A stretch of DNA of 46,334 nucleotides from an uncultured Anaerolineaceae bacterium (GTDB lineage: Bacteria > Chloroflexota > Anaerolineae > Anaerolineales > E44-bin32), in contig CAZMZL010000001.1 in NCBI GenBank assembly GCA_964570595.1, positions 33,653-79,986 on the forward strand. The letters run 5' to 3'. The notes under the pieces were generated by a model. The model ran no database searches and was not told the DNA's origin. It saw only the letters and a program-made list of their open reading frames with translations. Both the position numbers and the translations under genes were made by a program. Shown piece by piece: positions 1-8,320 of this stretch. Every line of letters begins with the position of its first letter. The stretch's first letter is position 1.

Positions 1-1
1 T

Positions 2-217
2 GTGTGGGTGCTTCTCGTAGCTTTGGCCATTCCTCGGCTGGTGAGCGTGTTGAAGATCTACACCGAGCCCAGGCCTGACGAACCCCCACCCGATTATCCG
101 GTCTGGCCGCTTTGGTTCGTCTCAGCGGCTTTCTTTCACAACAAACTAGCCGGCGGCTTGTTCGTCATGGGCCTAATCCTGAATCTCATATTCCCTGTAA
201 CGATCGATCTTTTTTAG
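2..217 (+). CDS. C-terminal fragment of a hydrophobic membrane protein (5' end outside the window)
   Basis: The frame is open to the left edge, with stop TAG at 215-217. The tail is rich in L/V/F/W with hydrophobic stretches. No family recognised. Confidence 0.3.
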   Translation: MWVLLVALAIPRLVSVLKIYTEPRPDEPPPDYPVWPLWFVSAAFFHNKLAGGLFVMGLILNLIFPVTIDLF

Positions 218-653
218 ACGCAGCGACACGTTTCAATCATGCAGCGAGGGTGCCTATTCGAGGCCCTCGCTTTGTGGTTAATGTAGACTTTTCTCCATAA
301 ATAATGTGGAGAGGGGGCATAACCGGACGTGAATCAACCCCCGTATTGCTCAAGGAGCGAAGTGACGCTTGTCCTGAATGAATCCCCCGAAGGGGGGTGA
401 GAAATCCCCTGACGGACTCAGTCATGGGAACCCGGTTGAATGATAATCCAGACCCGTCAGAGATTTGACTCTTTGTGAAGGCAACGGGGCTGCACTTTTG
501 GGACAGCCCCGTTATGGAAGAACTGAGATCTTGACGGCGGCGGACCGAAGGGCGCTCCGACAATCTGCCCAAGCGGGATCGGGTAGCGCATCGGCCTGTT
601 TGGGTGCACAATTTAGAGGGGGACCTTATGGTTAAACCTTATAATGAAGAAGC

Positions 654-1640
654 TTATTTTTGTTCCATGAGAAGCTTGACGTACTGTGCTCTTTCGAATG
701 CATAGGGGTCATCAACCTTTTTTTGGCTCAACTTCCCCCTGAAATCATCTACGCTCTCGTAGCCGTGCTCCGCCATCCATCCTTCGAGCTCTCTCAGCAT
801 CGTGGAGAGATAGGGAATGCCATTCTCAAGCAAGGCCGAGGCTGTCTGTATGGTGGTCGCGCCTGCGAGGAGCGCCTTAACTGCGTCCCTGCCGGAATGG
901 ACACCGGTGTTGAGCGCCAGGTCCGTGGCCACGCGCCCATGGAGCAGCGCAACCCATCGTAAAGGCAGTTTCATCTCGTCCGGGGAGCTGTAGGCCATTT
1001 CGCTCAGGACACTCTCTGTCTCCGGATCGATGTCGGGTTGGAGAAAACGATTGAAAAGGACGAGCGCATCGGCCCCGAGCGCGGCCAGCTCGGCGGCGAC
1101 ATTCGACACGGATGTATAAAAAGGACTCAACTTAACCGCGACGGGAATTGAAACCTGGGACTTCACATTCTTGACGATTTCATAAAGCTCATCCTCGATG
1201 TCGGCGCCCTTGCGTTTCGCATTTGCTGCGACGGCGTAGGTATTGAGTTCAAGCCCATCAACTCCTGTGGAGGCCAACTGCTTGGCGTAATCTCTCCAGC
1301 CTTCGGGGCTTACGGCATTCAAGCTGGCAATGAGCGGCATTTTCACTTCGGCGCGAGCCTTTTCGATCCACATCAAGTGTTCATCGGCTTTGCCACTTTC
1401 CATCTGCGGGAAGTATGAGAGAGCTTCCGCGAAGCTGTCTGCTCCCACGGAAAGATTATCTTCCATCCTCAGAGCATCAAATTGGATTTGTTCTTCAAAC
1501 AGGGATCGGATGACGATCGCCCCGGCGCCGGCGCTCTCGGCCGCCTTAATGCGATCGTTCATACTGGAGATGGTGCAAGCCGCAACGATAATTGGATTGT
1601 CGAGGTCGATGCCCATGTAGGATGTTTTAAGGTTGGTCAT
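654..1640 (-). CDS. Dihydroorotate dehydrogenase-like (class 1 DHOD/DHPD TIM-barrel family) protein
   Basis: MTNLKTSYMGIDLDNPIIVAAC..., AGAIVIRSLFEEQ, VDGLELN and IPVAVKLSPF are typical of the DHOD fold. I chose ATG 1640 (GGAGG 4 nt upstream) over the ORF-track start at 1709. Confidence 0.8.
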   Translation of the reverse strand: MTNLKTSYMGIDLDNPIIVAACTISSMNDRIKAAESAGAGAIVIRSLFEEQIQFDALRMEDNLSVGADSFAEALSYFPQMESGKADEHLMWIEKARAEVKMPLIASLNAVSPEGWRDYAKQLASTGVDGLELNTYAVAANAKRKGADIEDELYEIVKNVKSQVSIPVAVKLSPFYTSVSNVAAELAALGADALVLFNRFLQPDIDPETESVLSEMAYSSPDEMKLPLRWVALLHGRVATDLALNTGVHSGRDAVKALLAGATTIQTASALLENGIPYLSTMLRELEGWMAEHGYESVDDFRGKLSQKKVDDPYAFERAQYVKLLMEQK

Positions 1641-1850
1641 GCTGCCTCCGGAGGACCATGTTAAGATCATTGTAGCATGTTCCAAAAGGCGGAGTTCTAA
1701 TAGTGACAAGCATCATCCAATTTAGGATGTTCTTTTACACTACTAACTCTCCATAAAGATGACTAGACTTGATGGGGATTTTCCCGAGGGGTATTGCGCG
1801 CCCTTATTTGAGTGTTTTCCCTTAAAATACAGGCCAGTCAGGAGCCAGAT

Positions 1851-4800
1851 ATGCCAACGAAAATGAAACGGAAACTCGTGCCTTATGATGGCAATGCCGC
1901 TGCTGCTCATGTGGCTTATGCGACGAACGAAGTCATCGCCATCTATCCCATCACGCCGTCCTCGCCGATGGGCGAGATCGCTGACGAGAAGTCCGTGAGC
2001 GGAGAGCCTAATATTTGGGGAACGGTACCCGTTGTTGTCGAGATGCAGGCAGAGGGAGGCGCCGCAGGTGCGGTACATGGGGCGCTGACGACCGGGTCGC
2101 TGACGACCACGTTTACGGCTTCACAGGGTTTGCTGCTCATGATCCCGAATATGTATAAGATCGCCGGCGAACTTACCCCCGCCGTCTTTCATATCGCCGC
2201 TCGATCGGTTGCTGCGCAAGCGCTGTCGATCTTTGGGGATCACAGTGATGTGATGGCGGCTCGCGGGACCGGGTGGGGGATGCTCGCTTCAAGCAATCCC
2301 CAGGAAGTCATGGATATGGCGCTCATCGCACAGGCATCGAGCTTGAAATCACGAGTGCCCTTCCTTCACTTTTTCGATGGGTTCCGCACGTCGCATGAGA
2401 TTCAAAAGATCGAGGAACTCACGCACGATGATATGCGTGCGCTGATCGATGATGAGGATGTCTTTGCGCACAGGATGCGCGGGCTATCACCAGATCGCCC
2501 GAGCATTCGCGGGACTGCGCAAAACCCTGACGTGTTCTTCGCCGCCCGCGAGACGGTGAATCCGTTCTATGTAAAGACGCCGGACATCGTTCAGGCTGCG
2601 ATGGATCGCTTCGCCAAGGTCGTGGGACGTGCGTATCACCTCTTTGATTATGTGGGCTCGCCTGATGCCGAACGTGTGGTCGTTATGATGGGTTCGGGGG
2701 CAGATGCCATGCATGAAGTGGTGGCATTATTAAACGACCAGGGAGAGAAAGTCGGATTGGTGAAGGTGCGCCTCTATCGCCCATTCATGAACGAAGCATT
2801 CGTACAGGCGCTGCCTGACACCGTAAAGGAGATCGCAGTTCTGGATCGAACCAAGGAACCAGGTGCTTCAGGGGAGCCCATGTACCTTGATGTACAAAAT
2901 GCCATCAGCGAGGCCGTCGCCGAGGGGTTGATCCCAGCGAACAGTCGGCCAAATGTCGTGGGGGGGCGTTACGGTTTGGGATCAAAAGAGTTCAATCCCG
3001 GCATGGCCAAATCCGTGCTCGATAATCTCACAGTGGAAAGACCAAAGAACCACTTCACCGTCGGGATCATCGACGACCTGACCGCGAGCAACCTGCCCTG
3101 GGATAATGATTTTTCTTCCACATCTAAAAAGGTCCATCGCGCCATGTTTTATGGGCTAGGAGCTGATGGCACTGTGGGCGCGAATAAGAACTCGATCAAG
3201 ATTATCGGCAAGGGAACGGATTTCTACGCACAGGGCTATTTCCAGTATGACTCAAAAAAATCAGGTTCAATGACGATCTCGCACCTGCGCTTCAGCCCAG
3301 ATCCGATCCGAAGCACATATCTCATCGACTGCGCGGAATTTCTGGCCTGTCACGCATTCCCGTTCCTCGAACGCCACGATATGTTGAAACACTTGAAGGA
3401 GGGCGGCACCTTCTTGCTGAACAGCCCATTCCAGGCTGAAGAAGTCTGGGATCAGCTTCCCCGACCTGTTCAGGAGGCATTGATTGCGAAGAAGGCGAAA
3501 TTCTACATCATCGATGCCTATTCTCTGGCGAAATCCCTGGGGCTCGGAGGTCGGATTAATATCATCATGCAGACGGCTTTCTTTGATATCTCGGGTGTGC
3601 TGCCGAAAGAACAGGCGCTCGACATGATCGAGATGGCCGTCGAAGACACCTACGGCGACAAGGGTAAAGCCGTTGTGGATATGAACATTAAAGCAGCCCA
3701 CCTGGCAAAGGAGCGCATTCACGAGGTTGAAGTACCCGAGAAAGCGACCAGCAAACAGAAGATGGTCTCCCCGGTACCCGATGGAGCGCCTGAATTTATA
3801 GAGACTGTGACGGCCGAAATCATCGCACGACGCGGAGATGATCTGCCTGTTTCGCTCTTGCCAAAAGATGGCACCTATCCAACCGGGACGACGAAGTTTG
3901 AAAAACGGAACATCGCCCTCGAGATCCCGGTTTGGGATCCAGAAGTGTGCATCCAATGCAACCAGTGTGCTTTCGTTTGCCCTCATGCCGCGATCCGGCC
4001 GAAGCTTTACAAGGCCAGTCATGTGAACGGGGGCGCCCCCGATGGGTGGCAGATGGTGCCGGCAAAGGGACGCGGTCTGGAAGGCTACGTCTACACACTG
4101 CAGGTTGCGCCGGAAGATTGCACCGGTTGCGGAAACTGCGTTCACATCTGCCCAGCTCATGCGAAGGACGAAAGCGGGAATAAGACCGAGAGAAAGGCGA
4201 TCAACATGGCGGAGCAGCCGCCGATCCGGGAGATGGAGGTCGCCAAGTGGGATTATTTCCTCACAATCCCCGACCCGGAACTCTCGCTCTTCAACCCCTT
4301 TACGACCAAGGGATCACAGTACATGCCCACCATGTTCGAGTTTTCCGGTGCGTGTGCGGGATGTGGCGAGACACCCTATGTGAAACTTCTTACCCAGCTC
4401 TTCGGCGATCGCATGATCATCGCCAATGCCACCGGATGTTCTTCGATCTACGGCGGCAATCTTCCCACCACGCCCTATGCTCCTAGAGCCGATGGGCGCG
4501 GTCCTGCGTGGTCGAATTCGCTCTTTGAGGATAACGCCGAGTTCGGTTTCGGGATGCGTCTGACCGTAGAGAAACTCACACAGTATGCGCTTGAAATGTT
4601 GGATGCGGTCAAGTTAGACGGCAAGGCCAAACTTGCAGAGGAAATTAAATCCGCCGATCTGAGCACGCAGGAGAACATCGAGGTGCAGCGTGAGCGGCTG
4701 GAAACGATGCGCACGTATCTCAAAAATGATAGCAGCGATGAAGCCAGGCGGTTGTTGAGCGTGCTGGACTTCCTCGTCCCTAAAACCGTCTGGATCCTGG

Positions 4801-5429
4801 GTGGCGACGGTTGGGGGTATGACATCGGATTCGGCGGGCTGGATCACGTGCTCGCCCAGGGGCGCGACGTCAATGTCCTTCTCATGGACACCGGTGTGTA
4901 CTCCAATACCGGCGGGCAGGCCTCCAAGGCTACGCCTCGCGCGGCAGTTGCCAAATTTGCTGCCGCAGGAAAGGACATGCCCAAGAAGGATCTTGGTGCG
5001 ATTGCGATGACATACGGCAACATCTATGTGGCACAAGTTGCCTACGGCGCCAACATGACACAATTGGTGAAAGCATTCCAGGAAGCCGAGAGCTATGAAG
5101 GTCCTTCCCTGATCATCGCCTACAGCCACTGTATCGCACACGGCATCGACATGGGGATTGCCACGGACCTTCACGACGATGCTGTGAAGAGCGGGTTCTG
5201 GCCGCTCTATCGGTACGATCCCAGATTGGGTGATGAAGGCAAGAATCCACTCCAGTTGGACTCGAAAGCTCCCAGCGAAGACATCGAAACCTTCATGTAC
5301 AAACAAAACCGCTTCAGGGTACTTCGTCAGACGGATCCAGATCGGGCCGGAAGGCTCCTCGAGGCGATACGTGACGACGTGATCACACGCTGGAGGTATT
5401 ATGAGCAGATGGCGAATTTAGATATCTAG
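1851..5429 (+). CDS. nifJ: Pyruvate:ferredoxin (flavodoxin) oxidoreductase, single-polypeptide PFOR
   Basis: About 1190 aa with two 4Fe-4S motifs (CIQCNQCAFVCP, CTGCGNCVHICP) and the TPP motif GGDGWGYDIGFGGLDHV. ATG 1851 has AGGAG 6 nt upstream. Confidence 0.95.
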   Translation: MPTKMKRKLVPYDGNAAAAHVAYATNEVIAIYPITPSSPMGEIADEKSVSGEPNIWGTVPVVVEMQAEGGAAGAVHGALTTGSLTTTFTASQGLLLMIPNMYKIAGELTPAVFHIAARSVAAQALSIFGDHSDVMAARGTGWGMLASSNPQEVMDMALIAQASSLKSRVPFLHFFDGFRTSHEIQKIEELTHDDMRALIDDEDVFAHRMRGLSPDRPSIRGTAQNPDVFFAARETVNPFYVKTPDIVQAAMDRFAKVVGRAYHLFDYVGSPDAERVVVMMGSGADAMHEVVALLNDQGEKVGLVKVRLYRPFMNEAFVQALPDTVKEIAVLDRTKEPGASGEPMYLDVQNAISEAVAEGLIPANSRPNVVGGRYGLGSKEFNPGMAKSVLDNLTVERPKNHFTVGIIDDLTASNLPWDNDFSSTSKKVHRAMFYGLGADGTVGANKNSIKIIGKGTDFYAQGYFQYDSKKSGSMTISHLRFSPDPIRSTYLIDCAEFLACHAFPFLERHDMLKHLKEGGTFLLNSPFQAEEVWDQLPRPVQEALIAKKAKFYIIDAYSLAKSLGLGGRINIIMQTAFFDISGVLPKEQALDMIEMAVEDTYGDKGKAVVDMNIKAAHLAKERIHEVEVPEKATSKQKMVSPVPDGAPEFIETVTAEIIARRGDDLPVSLLPKDGTYPTGTTKFEKRNIALEIPVWDPEVCIQCNQCAFVCPHAAIRPKLYKASHVNGGAPDGWQMVPAKGRGLEGYVYTLQVAPEDCTGCGNCVHICPAHAKDESGNKTERKAINMAEQPPIREMEVAKWDYFLTIPDPELSLFNPFTTKGSQYMPTMFEFSGACAGCGETPYVKLLTQLFGDRMIIANATGCSSIYGGNLPTTPYAPRADGRGPAWSNSLFEDNAEFGFGMRLTVEKLTQYALEMLDAVKLDGKAKLAEEIKSADLSTQENIEVQRERLETMRTYLKNDSSDEARRLLSVLDFLVPKTVWILGGDGWGYDIGFGGLDHVLAQGRDVNVLLMDTGVYSNTGGQASKATPRAAVAKFAAAGKDMPKKDLGAIAMTYGNIYVAQVAYGANMTQLVKAFQEAESYEGPSLIIAYSHCIAHGIDMGIATDLHDDAVKSGFWPLYRYDPRLGDEGKNPLQLDSKAPSEDIETFMYKQNRFRVLRQTDPDRAGRLLEAIRDDVITRWRYYEQMANLDI

Positions 5430-5466
5430 CCCCTGAATCAAGTGTAAGAAAGCTTCAAGATACGTG

Positions 5467-5491
5467 TCCCGGGTACTCCAGGTATCCGGGA
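5467..5491. terminator. Possible terminator hairpin between convergent nifJ and the SDR gene
   Basis: A 10-bp stem TCCCGGGTAC / GTATCCGGGA (one G-U) with a 5-nt loop. The flanking U-tracts are weak. Confidence 0.3.
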
Positions 5492-5554
5492 TACGCTTAT
5501 ATGGGGGATCCTCTCTCTTGATCTTGAATAGGCTCTCAGATCTCCGCAGGGGGG

Positions 5555-6535
5555 TCAGATCACTCCGTGAGATCGATACCACTCATAGGTCTCTTCCACC
5601 GCCTGACGGAAGTTTTTCGTGACCGAGACACCGAGTTCGAGGCGCGCCTTGGTGGCATCACAGAAGACGTCGTAGCGGCTCATGCGAAGATGGTTGCTGT
5701 CAAAAGGAAGATGGAGGAACGGGCGAGTCCAATCGGCCAGATAAGCCCCAGGTTCGGTGATCCATACGGGCACCTTCAACCAGGGTGGCTTGCGACCGAC
5801 GACTTCGTTGATGATGGTTATGCTCTCACGGTGTTTGAAATTTTCACCACCGAGAATATAACGTTCGCCGGCTTTTCCATGATGGAGCGCGGCGATATGT
5901 CCGGCAACAACGTCATCGATATGCACATAGTTGGTGCCCCCTACCGGGTAGAAAAATCCCCAACCTCGGGCCGCTTCGGTCACCATTGAACCGCCGATCT
6001 GGTTGACGTCCCCCGCGCCGAGCACGATGGACGGATTAAGGATGACCACATCCAGCCCCTGAGGAAGGAAGCGAAGCGCCTCCTGCTCGGCTGCATACTT
6101 CGAATAACCATATCGGAATTTGTCGGGTGGGAGATTGAAGATATTTGCTTCGGTAAGCAGTGCACCATCATCTGGAACACCCATCGCCGCGAGCGAGCTG
6201 GTGAGGACCACACGCTTTGCTCCGGAATCGAGCGCAGCCTTGAGCACGTTTCGAGTTCCATTGATACTGGTATGGGTGACAGAGTCGGGATCACGCCAGT
6301 AAGCAGATTGCGCTGCGGCATGAAAGACATAGGTGACATCGTCGAGGGCCGGTTTCAGACTCTCCGGGTCAAGGATGTTCCCGACGGCCAGCTCCACGGG
6401 GAGATCTTCCAACATGGTTAACGAGGAAGTCTTCCGGTGGAGCGCGCGTACAGTGTAGGACCCTTCGATCAAAGTTCGGCAGAGTGCCGACCCGACGAAT
6501 CCTGTCGCACCCGTGACCAGACAGCGGTCAGTCAA
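5555..6535 (-). CDS. Extended short-chain dehydrogenase/reductase (NAD-dependent epimerase/dehydratase family)
   Basis: N-terminal VTGATGFVGSAL Rossmann motif and YGYSKYAAE (YxxxK). The start overlaps the stop of the upstream alpha-oxoamine synthase gene by 8 nt. Confidence 0.8.
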   Translation of the reverse strand: MTDRCLVTGATGFVGSALCRTLIEGSYTVRALHRKTSSLTMLEDLPVELAVGNILDPESLKPALDDVTYVFHAAAQSAYWRDPDSVTHTSINGTRNVLKAALDSGAKRVVLTSSLAAMGVPDDGALLTEANIFNLPPDKFRYGYSKYAAEQEALRFLPQGLDVVILNPSIVLGAGDVNQIGGSMVTEAARGWGFFYPVGGTNYVHIDDVVAGHIAALHHGKAGERYILGGENFKHRESITIINEVVGRKPPWLKVPVWITEPGAYLADWTRPFLHLPFDSNHLRMSRYDVFCDATKARLELGVSVTKNFRQAVEETYEWYRSHGVI

Positions 6536-7709
6536 TCAGTCCAAGCTCCCGACCGACTTCCCCCATGATACTCAGCGCTGTGTCGATCTGTTCGTCGGTG
6601 TGTGTGGCCATCAAGCTGGTCCGCAGCAGGCTCCGCCCTTCTGGCACGCCAGGGGGTATGAACGCGTTGGTATATACACCGGCCTCGAAGAATTTCTTCC
6701 AGGCGATCAGTGTGGGTTCCATCTCACCGATGATGATGGGAATGATGGGCGAAGCGCCGTGACCGGTATCAAATCCAAGCTCGTTGAGACCGGTGCGCAT
6801 ACGGTCTGTGACCTCCCAGAGGCGATCGACGCGTTCGGGTTCGGTCTCCATGATGTCGAGCGCGGCGAGCGCCGCAGCGAGGTTAGAAGCCGGCATGGCC
6901 GCACTGAAGATAAATGCTCGAGCGTTGTGCTGGATGAAGTGTATGATGTCTTCCCCGGCGGCGATAAACCCGCCCAACGATGCGAACGACTTGCTGAAGG
7001 TGCCCATGATGAGATCGACATCGTCGGTCACACCGAAGTGAGCGGAAGTCCCCCGCCCTCTCGCCAGGACACCCAGACCATGCGCGTCGTCCACCATTAA
7101 GCGCGCCCCATATTTCTTGCAGAGGGGGATCATTCCGGGGAGGTCGGCGAGATCTCCAAAGACGCTGTACAGCCCGTCCACTGCGACCAACGCACCGGTG
7201 TTCTCGTCGATGCCTTTAAGGACCCGTTCCAGATGCGCCATGTCGTTATGGGCAAACCGGCGGAGATCACCGAGCGCCAGCATCGAGCCATCGATAATGC
7301 TGGCATGATCTTCCTTATCCGTGATGATGGAGTCGCCCCGGCCCACAAGGCAGGAGATGGTGCCCAGGTTGACTTGATACCCGGTGCTAAAAACGAGCGC
7401 GGCTTCTTTACCGACGAAATCCGCCAGTCGGCGTTCGAGTTCCACGTGAATCTCAAGCGTGCCATTTTGAAGTCGCGATCCTGTGCAGCTCGTGCCGAAT
7501 TTGTTGGTCGCGTCCACGGCGGCCTGGCGTACGCGCGGATCTGTTGTAAGCCCAAGATAGTTGTTGGAACCGAGCATGAGGACTCTTCGACCGTCAAAAA
7601 TCGCCTCAGTACCCTCGCTGTTTTCGATGGCCAGAAAATATGGATAGAGGCCCGAGGCTTGTGCCATACGCGCAAGCGTATAGTTGTAGCATTTATCGAA
7701 TATATCCAT
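6528..7709 (-). CDS. PLP-dependent alpha-oxoamine synthase, serine palmitoyltransferase-like subfamily
   Basis: Motifs LGSNNYLGL, GSRLQNGT, FSTGYQVNLG, DDAHGLGVLG-like, and GTFSKSFASLGG with the PLP lysine at 6990-6992. The GTFSKS/GSRxxNGT signature matches SPT better than KBL or BioF (from memory). Confidence 0.8.
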   Translation of the reverse strand: MDIFDKCYNYTLARMAQASGLYPYFLAIENSEGTEAIFDGRRVLMLGSNNYLGLTTDPRVRQAAVDATNKFGTSCTGSRLQNGTLEIHVELERRLADFVGKEAALVFSTGYQVNLGTISCLVGRGDSIITDKEDHASIIDGSMLALGDLRRFAHNDMAHLERVLKGIDENTGALVAVDGLYSVFGDLADLPGMIPLCKKYGARLMVDDAHGLGVLARGRGTSAHFGVTDDVDLIMGTFSKSFASLGGFIAAGEDIIHFIQHNARAFIFSAAMPASNLAAALAALDIMETEPERVDRLWEVTDRMRTGLNELGFDTGHGASPIIPIIIGEMEPTLIAWKKFFEAGVYTNAFIPPGVPEGRSLLRTSLMATHTDEQIDTALSIMGEVGRELGLID

Positions 7710-7983
7710 GAGAAAAATCCTTTCAGGAGCCCCCGCCTGAAATGTAAAGAATAATTCCAGATTGTTTAGATGCCAGCGCGATCAAAGGGTTGCGGGGATC
7801 TCTTGTGAATTTGATGGTGTATGATCAAGATGATGGCAACTAACGGAAAGAGGATATGCTTTCCGAGCGCGAATGTCAACCGTGATGAGACCCATTACTG
7901 GGTGATGAAAATGCTCGACTACGAGGCGACAGCCTCGAGGACCAAGCATATAGCCCTGATCCGGTGGGTCTAAGGAGCCTTTC

Positions 7984-8011
7984 TTGACTCGCCGTGATAC
8001 GCTTGTATAAT
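7984..8011 (+). promoter_or_regulatory. Sigma-70-type promoter of the serS leader
   Basis: TTGACT (7984-7989), a 16-nt spacer, then TATAAT (8006-8011), directly upstream of the T-box leader. Confidence 0.55.
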
Positions 8012-8049
8012 CGATTTCATAAAATTAGTGGGTAATACCAGCCTTAAAA

Positions 8050-8293
8050 CGACGAGCGTGAAGAAGATCCCTCAAGAAACCATACCAGAGAGCTGCCGGA
8101 CGGTGCGAGGCAGCATGGTCGCCGGGATACTCCACTTCATCGGCCGATGGATGGCCCGTCTGTCCCCGCAGGGGCACGTACACTGCCGTAAGGAGACCGG
8201 GTTCGCCCGTTACAGCGATCAGAGGCCGCAAGTGCGGTGAAAGCAGGTGGCACATACGGGGCGCCTCCTCGTCCTGCGTGATGAGGAGGCGCT
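8050..8293 (+). promoter_or_regulatory. T-box leader (tRNA-Ser sensing) of serS
   Basis: Stem I has a GA/K-turn-like GUGAA, AG bay AGAGAG 8087-8092, distal loop GGUGCGA 8102-8108 and specifier loop ACUCCA with UCC (Ser) 8131-8133 followed by A. T-box core GGUGGCAC carries UGGC 8248-8251, which fits discriminator G73 of tRNA-Ser. A 10-bp hairpin GCGCCTCCTC/GAGGAGGCGC lies at 8261-8292. Confidence 0.65.
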
Positions 8294-8320
8294 GTGCGTT
8301 CAAGGTGCAGGAGGAGCGCT

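Noticed and set aside
3267-4160. 297-aa minus-strand ORF (and other nested ORFs at 3820-4383) inside the PFOR gene
   Set aside because: It is antisense to a gene with unambiguous PFOR motifs. The Arg/Gly/His-rich shadow-ORF composition is typical of high-GC antisense frames.
5555-7709. Reading the AOS + SDR pair as an ordinary kbl-tdh threonine catabolic operon
   Set aside because: Considered as the parsimonious alternative. The GTFSKS / GSRxxNGT motifs and the GATGFVG-type SDR look more SPT/ketoreductase-like than KBL (GTLGKA) or SDR-type TDH. It is kept as the explicit refutation test in the finding.
7821-7973. 50-aa plus-strand sORF (MIKMMATNGKRICFPSANVNRDETHYWVMKML...) upstream of the serS promoter
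   Set aside because: There is no SD and no recognisable family, and it lies in the divergent promoter region of the AOS gene. The evidence is insufficient to call a gene.
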